Part shown: positions 25,949 through 34,217 of the stretch, piece by piece
Layout: every line of letters starts with the position of its first letter
Position numbering within the stretch: the stretch's first letter is position 1
NCBI GenBank assembly: GCA_024543015.1
Contig: JAMXCY010000001.1
Location: forward strand, 1 to 34,217
DNA length: 34,217 bases
Direction of reading: 5' to 3'
From: Candidatus Omnitrophota bacterium
GTDB lineage: Bacteria; Omnitrophota; Gorgyraeia; JAFGHF01
Notes under the pieces: model-generated
What the model saw: the letters and a program-made list of their open reading frames with translations, nothing else
Databases searched by the model: none
Told to the model about the DNA's origin: nothing
Made by a program: the position numbers and the translations under genes

Positions 25949-27266
25949 TCAAAAATATGAGTTTCTGCACCCCTACCGGGCCATTTCTCTGTTTGGCAAT
26001 AATGACTTCAGTAATACCTTTATTCGATTCCTTGGGCGTATAATATTCTTCCCTGAACAGAAGCATTACCAGGTCCGCGTCCTGTTCGATAGCTCCGGAT
26101 TCGCGCAAATCGGAAAGCCGGGGCCGGTAGTTTTCTCTTTTCTCAGGCGCACGAGAAAGCTGGCTAATGGCGATTAAGGGCAGTTTGAGCTCTTTGGATA
26201 ATGCTTTTAAAGACCTGGTTATCTCTGAGATCTCCTGTTGACGGTTCTCTGCCCGAGAGGGATTGGTCATTAATTGCAAATAATCTACAACAATTAATTC
26301 GATGTTGTGACTGCTCTTTAACCTGCGAGCCTTGGCCCGCAACTCTAAAGCCGTTGAGCCTGCGCTATCATCTATATATATCGGCGCCTCAGCAAGCTTT
26401 CCTGCAGCGGTAACTAATTTGGGCCAATCAGTCTGGGTAAGAAATCCGCTTCTGGCCTTCTGTAGTTCAACGCGCGCATGAGAGCAAAGCATTCTCTGGA
26501 CCAGCTGCTCTTTAGACATCTCTAAGCTAAAGATAGCCACGCCTTTATGTTCCTGCACTCCCACATATTCGGCAATGCAGGCAGCCAAGGCACTTTTACC
26601 CATAGAAGGACGCCCGGCAATAATAATTAGTTCCCCACCATGCAGCCCGGATGTCATCATGTCTAGATCGTCAAAGCCTGTAGGCAGACCGGTAACATGC
26701 GCTTTCCGGCGATAAAAACCTTCGATAGTCTCGATGCTATCTTTGATGATGTCTTTTATAGATACCGAAATTCCCTTCAGCTGCGAGCCGGCAATTTCAA
26801 AGATTTGCTTTTCTGCTTTATCTAGAAGTGTACTTGCATCCTGTTGCCCATCGTAACCCTGGGTTACAATTTGTGTGGCTATATTAATTAAATTGCGCAG
26901 GATTCCTTTTTCTTTAACAATCTTGGCATAATGCTGGATGTTGGCTGCCGTGGGTATCGCAGCGGTCAATTCGGTCAGGTAAGCTGCGCCCCCTATTGCA
27001 TCAAGAGTGCCGTTTTTCTTTAACGCTTCGGTTAAGGTAACTAAATCTACTGCTTTATTTTCGTTATACAGATCTATGATGGCTTCAAATATTTTCTTAT
27101 GGGCATCTTTATAAAACGAAGAGGAGTTCACTATCTCGACCGCATGACCGATAGCTTCTTCCTCAATTAACATCGAACCCAACACGGCAATCTCTGCCTC
27201 TATACTCTGTGGCGGCACTCTGTCTAGAGCAATATCCTTTATATCCTTGAGGTCCTTAATCTCCAT
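25905..27266 (-). CDS. dnaB: replicative DNA helicase DnaB
   Basis: PPQSIEAEIAVLGSML N-terminal domain, Walker A GRPSMGKS and a RecA-like C-terminal domain. No intein. Confidence 0.97.
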   Translation of the reverse strand: MEIKDLKDIKDIALDRVPPQSIEAEIAVLGSMLIEEEAIGHAVEIVNSSSFYKDAHKKIFEAIIDLYNENKAVDLVTLTEALKKNGTLDAIGGAAYLTELTAAIPTAANIQHYAKIVKEKGILRNLINIATQIVTQGYDGQQDASTLLDKAEKQIFEIAGSQLKGISVSIKDIIKDSIETIEGFYRRKAHVTGLPTGFDDLDMMTSGLHGGELIIIAGRPSMGKSALAACIAEYVGVQEHKGVAIFSLEMSKEQLVQRMLCSHARVELQKARSGFLTQTDWPKLVTAAGKLAEAPIYIDDSAGSTALELRAKARRLKSSHNIELIVVDYLQLMTNPSRAENRQQEISEITRSLKALSKELKLPLIAISQLSRAPEKRENYRPRLSDLRESGAIEQDADLVMLLFREEYYTPKESNKGITEVIIAKQRNGPVGVQKLIFLSEYTRFENLSRREE

Positions 27267-27267
27267 T

Positions 27268-27711
27268 TTATTCTTTTACTACCCAAACTTTTGCTTCGGC
27301 GGTAACTTCAGGGTGCAATTTTACGTTTATTTTAAAAACCCCCACTTCATTAATTGTCTCGGGAAGGTCTATTTTTCGTTTATCGAGGTTAATTCCTTCT
27401 GCCTTATAGGCCCGGGCAATATCTTGGGTGGTTACGCTACCGAAAAGTTTCCCATCTTGGCCGGCCTGCATAGTAATTGTACAGGATATAGCGCTGATCT
27501 TTTGAGCTAACTCTTGAGCTTGTCTCTTCTGCTCTTGTTGACGTAAGGCTTGCTTTTTTTTCTCCTGCTCCACAACTTTTAAGTTGAAATCCGTGGCAAG
27601 TAGGGCCAATCCTTTAGGCAATAAGAAATTTCTGCCGAAGCCGTCTTTCACAAAGACAACTTCGCCTGCCTTGCCCAATTTTGTAACGTCTTTCTTAAGA
27701 ATAACTTGCAA
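27268..27711 (-). CDS. rplI: 50S ribosomal protein L9
   Basis: MQVILKKDVTKLGKAGEVVFVKDGFGRNFLLPKGLA. Confidence 0.96.
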   Translation of the reverse strand: MQVILKKDVTKLGKAGEVVFVKDGFGRNFLLPKGLALLATDFNLKVVEQEKKKQALRQQEQKRQAQELAQKISAISCTITMQAGQDGKLFGSVTTQDIARAYKAEGINLDKRKIDLPETINEVGVFKINVKLHPEVTAEAKVWVVKE

Positions 27712-27712
27712 G

Positions 27713-27973
27713 TTATTTCCTCACAAAAGGCAAAAGCGCAATGACGCGCGCCCTTTTAATCGCCGAAGACAACATTCTTTGGTGCCGAGCACAAGTACCG
27801 GAGTTACGGCGAGGAATAATCTTACCTCTTTCAGTAACAAAGCGGCTTAATTTGGCTACGTCCTTGTAATCTATGTCTTGGGCCTTATCGGCACAAAACA
27901 AGCAAGGTTTTTTCCTAAAGATGAATTTTTTTCTTGGCTGCCTTTTTCTCTTAGTTCCAAATTTTAGTTTCAT
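27713..27973 (-). CDS. rpsR: 30S ribosomal protein S18
   Basis: ...[43 protein letters not shown].... Confidence 0.95.
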   Translation of the reverse strand: MKLKFGTKRKRQPRKKFIFRKKPCLFCADKAQDIDYKDVAKLSRFVTERGKIIPRRNSGTCARHQRMLSSAIKRARVIALLPFVRK

Positions 27974-28447
27974 TTAAAAAGGTACCTCGTTTGAGTTAGG
28001 GTTTTTATCCTGGCCGGAAGAGGGGGCCTTCTGGGTTTCTTCGTTAAGTAGGGCTTCGAGGGAGTCTTCCTCTTGACGTGGCTGTGCAGATTCTTCTGCC
28101 AGCTGGGGCTTGCCTAAAAATTGCACGCGAGAAGCACGTATCTCCAGCACATTTCGCTTCTGTCCATCTTGAGTTTCCCAAGAGCGCATCTGGATCCTAC
28201 CTTCTACAAATATAGGTTTTCCTTTACTTAAAAACTGTGTGCAGGTCTCCGCCTGTCTACCCCAAGCCACCACGGTAACAAAGACGGTTTCCTCTTTTGT
28301 TTCACCCGACTGAGTCTTATACCTTCTATTTACGGCAATCCGCAGGTTAGTTACAGCGGTGCCATTGGGGGTATATCTTAATTCCGGGTCGCGAGTAAGG
28401 TTACCCATTAAAAATACACGATTCAAACTAGCCATTTTGGCCTCCAT
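27974..28447 (-). CDS. ssb: single-stranded DNA-binding protein
   Basis: OB fold (LNRVFLMGNLTRDPELRYTPNGTAV), a disordered linker and a C-terminal ...EVPF tip. Confidence 0.95.
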   Translation of the reverse strand: MEAKMASLNRVFLMGNLTRDPELRYTPNGTAVTNLRIAVNRRYKTQSGETKEETVFVTVVAWGRQAETCTQFLSKGKPIFVEGRIQMRSWETQDGQKRNVLEIRASRVQFLGKPQLAEESAQPRQEEDSLEALLNEETQKAPSSGQDKNPNSNEVPF

Positions 28448-28452
28448 TGCGC

Positions 28453-28767
28453 TTAGCGCTGCGCTTCTTTAGACTCCTTTTTTACGATCAATATCCTTAA
28501 GACATTCTCATCTATGTTGCAGAGGTACTTCAGCTTAGGAATTACTGCACTAACACCACTGGAGAAATTCATCAGATAATAAAGGCCTTCCTTCTGTTTG
28601 TCGATCTCATAGGCAAGCTGGCGTCGACCAAAGACCTGGGAATTCTCCAGCACAGCTTGGTTTTCCTGTAAGAGCTTTTCTAACTTAGCCGTAAGCTCCT
28701 TTTGCCCTTCTTCTGTCAAGTTCGGCTTAAAGATAAACATTGCTTCGTATGTGGCCAACTTAAACAC
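28453..28767 (-). CDS. rpsF: 30S ribosomal protein S6
   Basis: YEAMFIFKPNLTEE...RRQLAYEI. It lies in the rpsF-ssb-rpsR order. Confidence 0.95.
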   Translation of the reverse strand: MFKLATYEAMFIFKPNLTEEGQKELTAKLEKLLQENQAVLENSQVFGRRQLAYEIDKQKEGLYYLMNFSSGVSAVIPKLKYLCNIDENVLRILIVKKESKEAQR

Positions 28768-28770
28768 CTC

Positions 28771-29337
28771 CTAATTAAACTTATTCATGGCTACCTGTAT
28801 TCCCTCTGTAGCCCAAAGAACGCATGCGCTGGCAGCTTCTGGTACCGCTTGATTAATGACTTTAGTTTCTTTTTTATTGAACCTTCCCAACACGTGTTGG
28901 GTTAGCTTTTTGTTTTCTGCCTTAAGAGTTGGCGCCCCTATGCCGATTCTTAAGCGGACAAAATTTTTACTGCCTAATGCCTCTATAATTGAACGCAAGC
29001 CCAGATGCCCACCGTCACTTCCGCCTGAGCGGATGCGGATTTTACCTAAAGGTAAATTTATATCATCTACGATTACCAATAAATCGGCCGGCTTTATTCT
29101 TTTTTGTTTTACTATCGCCCGAGCCGCCTGCCCGCTTAAGTTCATAAAGGTCAAAGACTTCAATAAAACTACTGGCTGTCCCTGGATTTGCCCTTGCCCA
29201 AGAAGGCATTTAAATCCTTTTTGGCTTATCCTTATTTTTTGTTTCTTCGCCAGCTTTTCAATTACTGCGAATCCTAAGTTATGGCGGCTGTATCTATATC
29301 TTAAACCGGGATTACCTAACCCTAAAATTACTTTCAC
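28771..29337 (-). CDS. pth: peptidyl-tRNA hydrolase
   Basis: ILGLGNPGLRYRYSRHNLGF and GGHLGLRSI motifs. Confidence 0.96.
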   Translation of the reverse strand: MKVILGLGNPGLRYRYSRHNLGFAVIEKLAKKQKIRISQKGFKCLLGQGQIQGQPVVLLKSLTFMNLSGQAARAIVKQKRIKPADLLVIVDDINLPLGKIRIRSGGSDGGHLGLRSIIEALGSKNFVRLRIGIGAPTLKAENKKLTQHVLGRFNKKETKVINQAVPEAASACVLWATEGIQVAMNKFN

Positions 29338-29347
29338 TTAAAAACCC

Positions 29348-30055
29348 TTAAGCCTTTTCCTTCTTTTCCTTCTTCTCTTTCTCCGGCGCTTTGGCTTCTT
29401 CAGCAGCTGCTTCTTCCTCTTCGGGTTTCTTTTCCATAATCATTTCGGGTTCGACCACCTCTTCCCCAGGTACTACTTCTGCGGCTTCTTCTACGTGAGG
29501 TATGGCTAAGGAAACAACTGTTGCTTCCGGGTCAGCGAGAACCTTTACCCCAGCAGGTATTTTTAAGTCTTTCACTAAGATAGAATCGCCGACCTCCATG
29601 GAGTTAATATCTATAAGGATGTTTTCCGGAATCTGCTCCGGTAAACATTCTACCTCCAACTCCCAAAAAACATGCTCCAATACCCCGCCTTCTTTGGCGC
29701 CCTTAGGTTCACCCTTAGCGGCAATAGGCACCTTTATGGTTAAAACTTCAGTCAAAGATATCTCATTAAAATCGATGTGTAAAGTATCCCCTTTTAAGAC
29801 ATGATACTGAATTTCCTTGATAATCACGGTTTTTGGTTTTTTAGTTTTGGCATCTTCTATCTCTAAGCTGACCACCACGTTTTCTCCTGCCTTGGTGTGG
29901 ATGACCTTGTTAAGATCTTTGGCAGAGACTTTAATATTCAAGGAATTTTTACCTTTATAAACTACGGCAGGAATAAGGCCAAGGGCCCTGAGCTTCTTTA
30001 CCTTCTCCTTACCAATTTCTTCTCTTGGTGTTGCCTTTAATTTTATTTTCTCCAT
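29348..30055 (-). CDS. rplY: 50S ribosomal protein L25 / general stress protein Ctc, with an acidic-basic tail
   Basis: Two-domain Ctc form (...GLIPAVVYG-type segment GLIPAVVYKGK). The Glu/Lys/Ala-rich C-terminal ~48 aa ends KEKKEKKEKA. Confidence 0.93.
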   Translation of the reverse strand: MEKIKLKATPREEIGKEKVKKLRALGLIPAVVYKGKNSLNIKVSAKDLNKVIHTKAGENVVVSLEIEDAKTKKPKTVIIKEIQYHVLKGDTLHIDFNEISLTEVLTIKVPIAAKGEPKGAKEGGVLEHVFWELEVECLPEQIPENILIDINSMEVGDSILVKDLKIPAGVKVLADPEATVVSLAIPHVEEAAEVVPGEEVVEPEMIMEKKPEEEEAAAEEAKAPEKEKKEKKEKA

Positions 30056-30070
30056 TGTTTACTCACTTTG

Positions 30071-31012
30071 TTATTCATCAAATAGACTACTTACCGATTC
30101 CTCGCGATGAATCCTTTTAATCGCCTCACCGAGTAAAAAAGCAACCGATAATATCTCTATTTTGGGGTGACGTTTAGAATCTTCAACAGGTATAGTATCA
30201 CAGACAGTGAGGTGTTTCAAGGCGCAATTTGTAATCCTCTCCAGTGCCGGTCCGGAAAGTACAGGATGGGTAATAGCGGCGTAGATATCCTTGGCGCCAT
30301 GCTTTTTTAAAGCCTGAGTTGCCTCTACAAGTGAGCCGGCAGTAGCTATCAAGTCATCAACTATAATCGCATTTTTGCCTTTTACCTCACCTAAAATATT
30401 CATTACTTCGGTCTGTTCGCTATTGATCCGGCGTTTATCAATTATAGCCAAATCTGCATGGAACCTCTTAGCATAAGCCCTGGCCATTTTAATCCCGCCT
30501 ACATCAGGGGAAACAACTACTATATTTTCCAGGCCTAATTTACTATAATATTCCGTAAAGACATTGATGGCAAAAAGATGATCTACAGGAATATCAAAGA
30601 ATCCCTGGATTTGCCCGGCATGCAGGTCAATGGTCAAAAGCCGTGAGGCCCCGGCTGTGGTAATCAAGTCCGCCACCAGCTTTGCTGTAATCGGCACGCG
30701 CGGTTGGTCTTTTCTGTCCTGGCGAGCATATCCATAATATGGCAAAACCGCGGTAATACGTGCGGCCGATGCCCGTTTAAGGGCATCAATCATAATTAAA
30801 AGTTCCATCATGTGGTCATTCACAGGAGGCGAGGTAGGCTGGATTATGAATACATCTTTCCCGCGCACATTTTCATTAATCTTAACGGAAATTTCCCCCT
30901 CGCTGAATTGAGAAACAAAGGCATCGCTCAATTTAACCCTTAAATACTTCGAGATATTTTCTGCTAACTGGCGATTGGCGTTACCGGAAAATATAGCCAA
31001 TTTGTTAAACAT
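30071..31012 (-). CDS. prs: ribose-phosphate pyrophosphokinase
   Basis: YARQDRK, DLHAGQIQGFF and VDDLIATAGS (PRPP-binding loop). Confidence 0.97.
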   Translation of the reverse strand: MFNKLAIFSGNANRQLAENISKYLRVKLSDAFVSQFSEGEISVKINENVRGKDVFIIQPTSPPVNDHMMELLIMIDALKRASAARITAVLPYYGYARQDRKDQPRVPITAKLVADLITTAGASRLLTIDLHAGQIQGFFDIPVDHLFAINVFTEYYSKLGLENIVVVSPDVGGIKMARAYAKRFHADLAIIDKRRINSEQTEVMNILGEVKGKNAIIVDDLIATAGSLVEATQALKKHGAKDIYAAITHPVLSGPALERITNCALKHLTVCDTIPVEDSKRHPKIEILSVAFLLGEAIKRIHREESVSSLFDE

Positions 31013-31015
31013 CTC

Positions 31016-32275
31016 TCACCTCTTTTTTAAGATTTTAGCAGGTACTCCCACGACCGTTGCACCTGCGGGAACATTCTTGTCTTTAGTAACTACACTGCCC
31101 GCCCCGGTAACTGCTCGCTTGCCAATTTTAAGCGGGGCGATCAAAATAGTACCTACGCCGATAAAGGCTCCATCACCAATAATAGTACGATTTTTCTTTT
31201 GTCCGTCGTAATTTGCGGTAATGGTACCGGCACCGATGTTCACAGCCTTGCCCACAGTTGCATCTCCGATATAGCTGTGATGTTTTATTTTAGAACCCAA
31301 ACCAACCTTTGATCTGACTACTTCCACAAAATTACCAATTTCAACCTCATCTTCCAATACACATCCCGAACGCAGCCGGGCAAAGGGACCAATCTGACAC
31401 TCCCGACCAATCTTTACGCCCCCTTCAATAATGGTATGAGGATGAATAACGCTATCGCGGCCGATCTTGACATCTGTGTAAATATAGGTAGTGGCCGGGT
31501 CAATAACAGTTACTCCGGAAGAAATTAATTCCTCTATATTCCTTCTATTTATGATGGCATTGGCGCGGATTAAATCCCGGCGTGAATTTACCCCAAAGGC
31601 CTCATTTTCATCTTGGGCTAAGATAGTTTCTACTTTCGCTTTTCTCTTGATTAAAATCTCTATGATATCGGTTAAATAATATTCTTGTTTTGTATTATTG
31701 GGTTTAACTTCCTTTAAGGCTGAAAAAAGTTCGCGCGCTTTAAAACAATAGGCATTTACATTAATTTCACCGATTGCCTTCTCGTAGGTATCGGCATCTT
31801 GCTCCTCGACTATTCTATCAACTCGATTATCTTCTCCTCTGACAATTCTCCCGAAGCCAGTGGGGTTTTTCGAGATAGCGGTCAAAATACTACAGGTTGC
31901 TCCACTGCTCCTGTGCCACTGGAGTAATTTTTTCAGGCTGGGGTAGCTAACCAGCGGGGTATCTCCATAAACAACAAGTAGATGTCCTTTAAAGTTAACA
32001 AAGGAACTTTTGGCCTGCCAGAGTGCATCCGCAGAACCTAAGAGTTTCTTCTGCCGCACGGTCTTGACTTTTGTGCCGCCTTTAAGAAATTCTTTTACCA
32101 TCTGCGCCTGATGCCCAAGAACCACAACGCACCTTTTGACTTCTAATTGCTGCAACAGCCCGAGCATATATTCAAGCATCGGTTTGCCGCTGACTTTCTG
32201 CAAGACCTTAGGCAAAGCGGATTTCATCCGCGTGCCTTCTCCCGCAGCCAAAATTATCCCTGCTATATTCTTCAT
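31016..32275 (-). CDS. glmU: bifunctional UDP-GlcNAc pyrophosphorylase / GlcN-1-P acetyltransferase
   Basis: N-terminal LAAGEGTRMKS nucleotidyltransferase motif and a C-terminal hexapeptide-repeat acetyltransferase domain. At 419 aa it is slightly shorter than classical GlmU. Confidence 0.92.
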   Translation of the reverse strand: MKNIAGIILAAGEGTRMKSALPKVLQKVSGKPMLEYMLGLLQQLEVKRCVVVLGHQAQMVKEFLKGGTKVKTVRQKKLLGSADALWQAKSSFVNFKGHLLVVYGDTPLVSYPSLKKLLQWHRSSGATCSILTAISKNPTGFGRIVRGEDNRVDRIVEEQDADTYEKAIGEINVNAYCFKARELFSALKEVKPNNTKQEYYLTDIIEILIKRKAKVETILAQDENEAFGVNSRRDLIRANAIINRRNIEELISSGVTVIDPATTYIYTDVKIGRDSVIHPHTIIEGGVKIGRECQIGPFARLRSGCVLEDEVEIGNFVEVVRSKVGLGSKIKHHSYIGDATVGKAVNIGAGTITANYDGQKKNRTIIGDGAFIGVGTILIAPLKIGKRAVTGAGSVVTKDKNVPAGATVVGVPAKILKKR

Positions 32276-32325
32276 TGTTTAGGATTAGGTAAAATACTGG
32301 ACTCTCCCGTAAAAATTTTATTTAG

Positions 32326-32396
32326 CTGCCCGGCCAGGACTCGAACCTAGACGCGCAGCTCCAAAAGCTGCTGTGCTACCATTACACTACCGGGCA
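32326..32396 (-). tRNA. tRNA-Gln (anticodon UUG), no encoded CCA
   Basis: The reverse complement is TGCCCGGTAGTGTAATGGTAGCACAGCAGCTTTTGGAGCTGCGCGTCTAGGTTCGAGTCCTGGCCGGGCAG. It has a U1:A72 pair as in bacterial tRNA-Gln, anticodon stem GCAGC/GCTGC and loop TTTTGGA. Confidence 0.88.
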
Positions 32397-32447
32397 AAAT
32401 TATTTATTAATCCGTTTTCAAATATCAAAAATTTCTACGGGATTAGG

Positions 32448-32918
32448 TTATACTCCTAAGGACCCTGGGGGAGAGATTTCGCCTCCCGGGTTAAAACTTG
32501 CTGCACTCTGCGGCCCTTTGGCCTTTTCGGACTCATAAGCTTCCAGAATCTTCTTCTGGATGTATTCCCTTGTCTCCATGTTAATCGGATGGGCAATATC
32601 TCGGTGTTCACTGCGGCGGCCATTTTTTGCCTCAGAAGTCTCCGCCCCTGCGCCTTCACGGGTAAAGGTATTTTCCCGCTGCGGAAGTTGAGCGCTACAT
32701 TGATTGCAATATTTACTTCTGAGAGAATTTTTAGCCCCGCACTTAACACAGGGCTCTTCAACCCTGCGCGAAGGCATTGCTACAAATAATCCTTTGTTGC
32801 CCTCAATAACTTTTATATTTCTAACCACAAAGGCATTGTCAAAGGTAATCGTGGCATATGCCCTGAGTTTTGTCGCTGGATTATCTCGTAAAAAAATTCT
32901 TACCTCTGTGATCTCCAT
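32448..32918 (-). CDS. spoVG: SpoVG-family protein with an internal zinc-ribbon insertion and a C-terminal extension
   Basis: MEITEVRIF...[32 protein letters not shown] ... [24 protein letters not shown] matches canonical SpoVG at both ends. An AGGAGG SD lies 8 nt upstream. Confidence 0.9.
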   Translation of the reverse strand: [156 protein letters not shown]

Positions 32919-33804
32919 GGTTGCTTATTCCTCCTTTAATATTAAATGTACTTGCGACTATTACCTGCCAATCTTTCTCTTGCGCCTTGAGCCTGTTGCT
33001 TATATCCATCGCCTCCTTTCGCGTTTGAGCCATCCCAAAAACACAAGGCCCGCTTCCAGACATAATCGTTGCAACTGCACCAGATGTTTTGAGGGCCTTT
33101 TTAATCTTTTGAATCTCTTTATATTCTTTTCTTAAAATTTGCTCAAAGCTGTTATAAGTGTATTTATTCAAGGTAGTTAAATCACCTTTTTCTAAAGCGC
33201 GGAGGACAATTTTAACACTGCCAGGGGCTTTTGTCAAGGTTAATCTGGGGTGCTGATACATCCTGCGCGTAGAGACCTTAAGACCCCTGGGGATAATCAA
33301 AACATACCAATTCTTTCGCTTTAATCTTAAAGACCTTAATTCCTCCCCCTTGCCCAGGCCAAGGGCCCTAATCTGCCCCAGCAAAAAGAAAGGAACGTCA
33401 GCCCCCAGGGTTTGGGCTAAGCTAAAAAGCTCACTGCGTCTAAGGCCTAGGAGTAAAAGCTTATTCAAACCTAACAATACACTGGCGGCATCAGAACTGC
33501 CACCGCCTAAGCCGGCGGCCACAGGAATTTTTTTAGTTATACGGATCTCTATTCCTTCACGGCGCTTTGCCTTAGCCAGAAGTAACTTCGCCGCCTGAAA
33601 ACAAAGATTTGTCTTATCCTTCGGCACATCCTTGTGCCGGCAGAACACTTTAATGCCTGCTTTTCGTTTTTTTAAACTGATCGTATCGCAAAGGCTTATC
33701 TTCTCAAAGACAGTTTCAATATTGTGAAAAGCATCAGGCCTTTTGTTTAATACCTTTAAATAAAGGTTCAGTTTAGCCGGGGCGCGAAGCGTAAGTGTCT
33801 GCAT
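32881..33804 (-). CDS. ispE: 4-diphosphocytidyl-2-C-methyl-D-erythritol kinase
   Basis: APAKLNLYLKV N-terminus, GHMP kinase motif IPVAAGLGGGSSDAA and C-terminal MSGSGPCVFG. Confidence 0.93.
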   Translation of the reverse strand: MQTLTLRAPAKLNLYLKVLNKRPDAFHNIETVFEKISLCDTISLKKRKAGIKVFCRHKDVPKDKTNLCFQAAKLLLAKAKRREGIEIRITKKIPVAAGLGGGSSDAASVLLGLNKLLLLGLRRSELFSLAQTLGADVPFFLLGQIRALGLGKGEELRSLRLKRKNWYVLIIPRGLKVSTRRMYQHPRLTLTKAPGSVKIVLRALEKGDLTTLNKYTYNSFEQILRKEYKEIQKIKKALKTSGAVATIMSGSGPCVFGMAQTRKEAMDISNRLKAQEKDWQVIVASTFNIKGGISNHGDHRGKNFFTR

Positions 33805-33805
33805 T

Positions 33806-34217
33806 TTATCGATTCAAAAGCTTGTGGCAAGCCTGCACAATGTCATCCGGAGTTAAATGATATTCCTTAATTAATTCCTCAGGGCTTCCCGACTGTCCAA
33901 ACTTGCCCCTGATGCCGATTCTGACCATCGGAGTAGGAAGATTCTCAGCCAAGACTTCTGCTACTGCACTTCCCAGACCTCCGCTGATCAGGTGTTCCTC
34001 GCAAGTCACAATTCTTTTAGTGAGCTTTGCCGACTCAATAATAGCCTTTTTATCTAATGGTCTGATGGTATGCATATTAACTACGCGCACACTTTTACCT
34101 TCTTTTTCCAAAGCCTCTGCCGCATCCAGGGCAAATTTAACCATTATCCCGCAGGCAATGATAGTGATATCCCGGCCTTTTTGTAACAGGCGCGCCCGGC
34201 CGATCTTAAATCCGTCT
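33806..34217 (-). CDS. transketolase C-terminal subunit (split TktB type), C-terminal part; 5' end outside the window
   Basis: The frame stays open upstream of the tracked Met to the window edge (...DGFKIGRARLLQKGRDITIIACGIMVKFALDAAEALEKEGKSVRVVNMHTIRPLD...), a typical transketolase/pyrimidine-binding C-terminal domain. Confidence 0.85.
   Translation of the reverse strand, partial: DGFKIGRARLLQKGRDITIIACGIMVKFALDAAEALEKEGKSVRVVNMHTIRPLDKKAIIESAKLTKRIVTCEEHLISGGLGSAVAEVLAENLPTPMVRIGIRGKFGQSGSPEELIKEYHLTPDDIVQACHKLLNR

Noticed and set aside
28856-29341. 161-aa plus-strand ORF antisense to pth. The same applies to 13834..14316 antisense to msbA, 7171..7611 antisense to serS and 10100..10450 antisense to frr/pyrH.
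   Set aside because: All lie entirely within well-supported conserved genes on the other strand. They have Ser/Leu/Phe-rich composition, no SD and no recognisable motifs.
32456-32761. 101-aa alternative-frame ORF inside spoVG
   Set aside because: It is on the same strand but out of frame with a gene whose N- and C-terminal SpoVG motifs are intact. Its basic, Arg-rich composition is typical of a frame artefact.
1-34217. Scan for CRISPR arrays, rRNA, transposases/IS ends, integrases, toxin-antitoxin pairs or other defence modules
   Set aside because: I found no spaced identical repeats, no rRNA-like segments and no recognisable transposase, integrase or defence motifs in any supplied ORF. Intergenic space is almost nil outside 657..927.

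Overview
This window is compact core genome from an LPS-making (diderm) bacterium of uncertain, probably uncultivated lineage; the sequence alone does not give the taxon. About 40 CDS and 5 tRNAs are packed with tiny or overlapping junctions. All are on the minus strand except one plus-strand block at 14249..17849.

Content from left to right:
- A short mobile-element or phage-like remnant (1..~926) abuts the 3' end of tRNA-Ser(GGA).
- greA, plsC and a DEAD-box helicase follow.
- Next are two tandem lipoproteins.
- A co-directional string runs tRNA-Lys, archease, rtcB, serS, an M50B-like membrane protein, tRNA-Ser(UGA), tRNA-Ser(CGA).
- rpsB-tsf-pyrH-frr is present as a block.
- A lipid A / outer-membrane block contains msbA-like, a Gfo/Idh/MocA oxidoreductase, lpxB, lpxI, lpxA, fused lpxC-fabZ, lpxD, skp and bamA.
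- dnaB-rplI-rpsR-ssb-rpsF follows.
- A Bacillus-like string runs pth-ctc-prs-glmU-(tRNA-Gln)-spoVG-ispE, then a partial transketolase C-terminal subunit at the right edge.

I saw no CRISPR array, rRNA, transposase, integrase or recognisable defence/toxin system, and I do not claim a new multi-gene system here.

The items most worth a second look are single-gene architectural oddities:
1. A PilZ + complete PilT-type ATPase + PilC/GspF-N-terminus-like tail fusion sits directly after lpxB.
2. SpoVG carries a ~50-aa CxxC...CxxC zinc-ribbon insertion in its conserved loop.
3. serS is chained to rtcB/archease and two cognate tRNA-Ser genes.
4. A GnnA-like oxidoreductase is translationally coupled to lpxB.
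5. A frameshifted Rep-like wHTH gene with iteron-like repeats lies next to tRNA-Ser(GGA).

All calls rest on motif reading of the supplied translations and hand inspection of the DNA. No database search was run.
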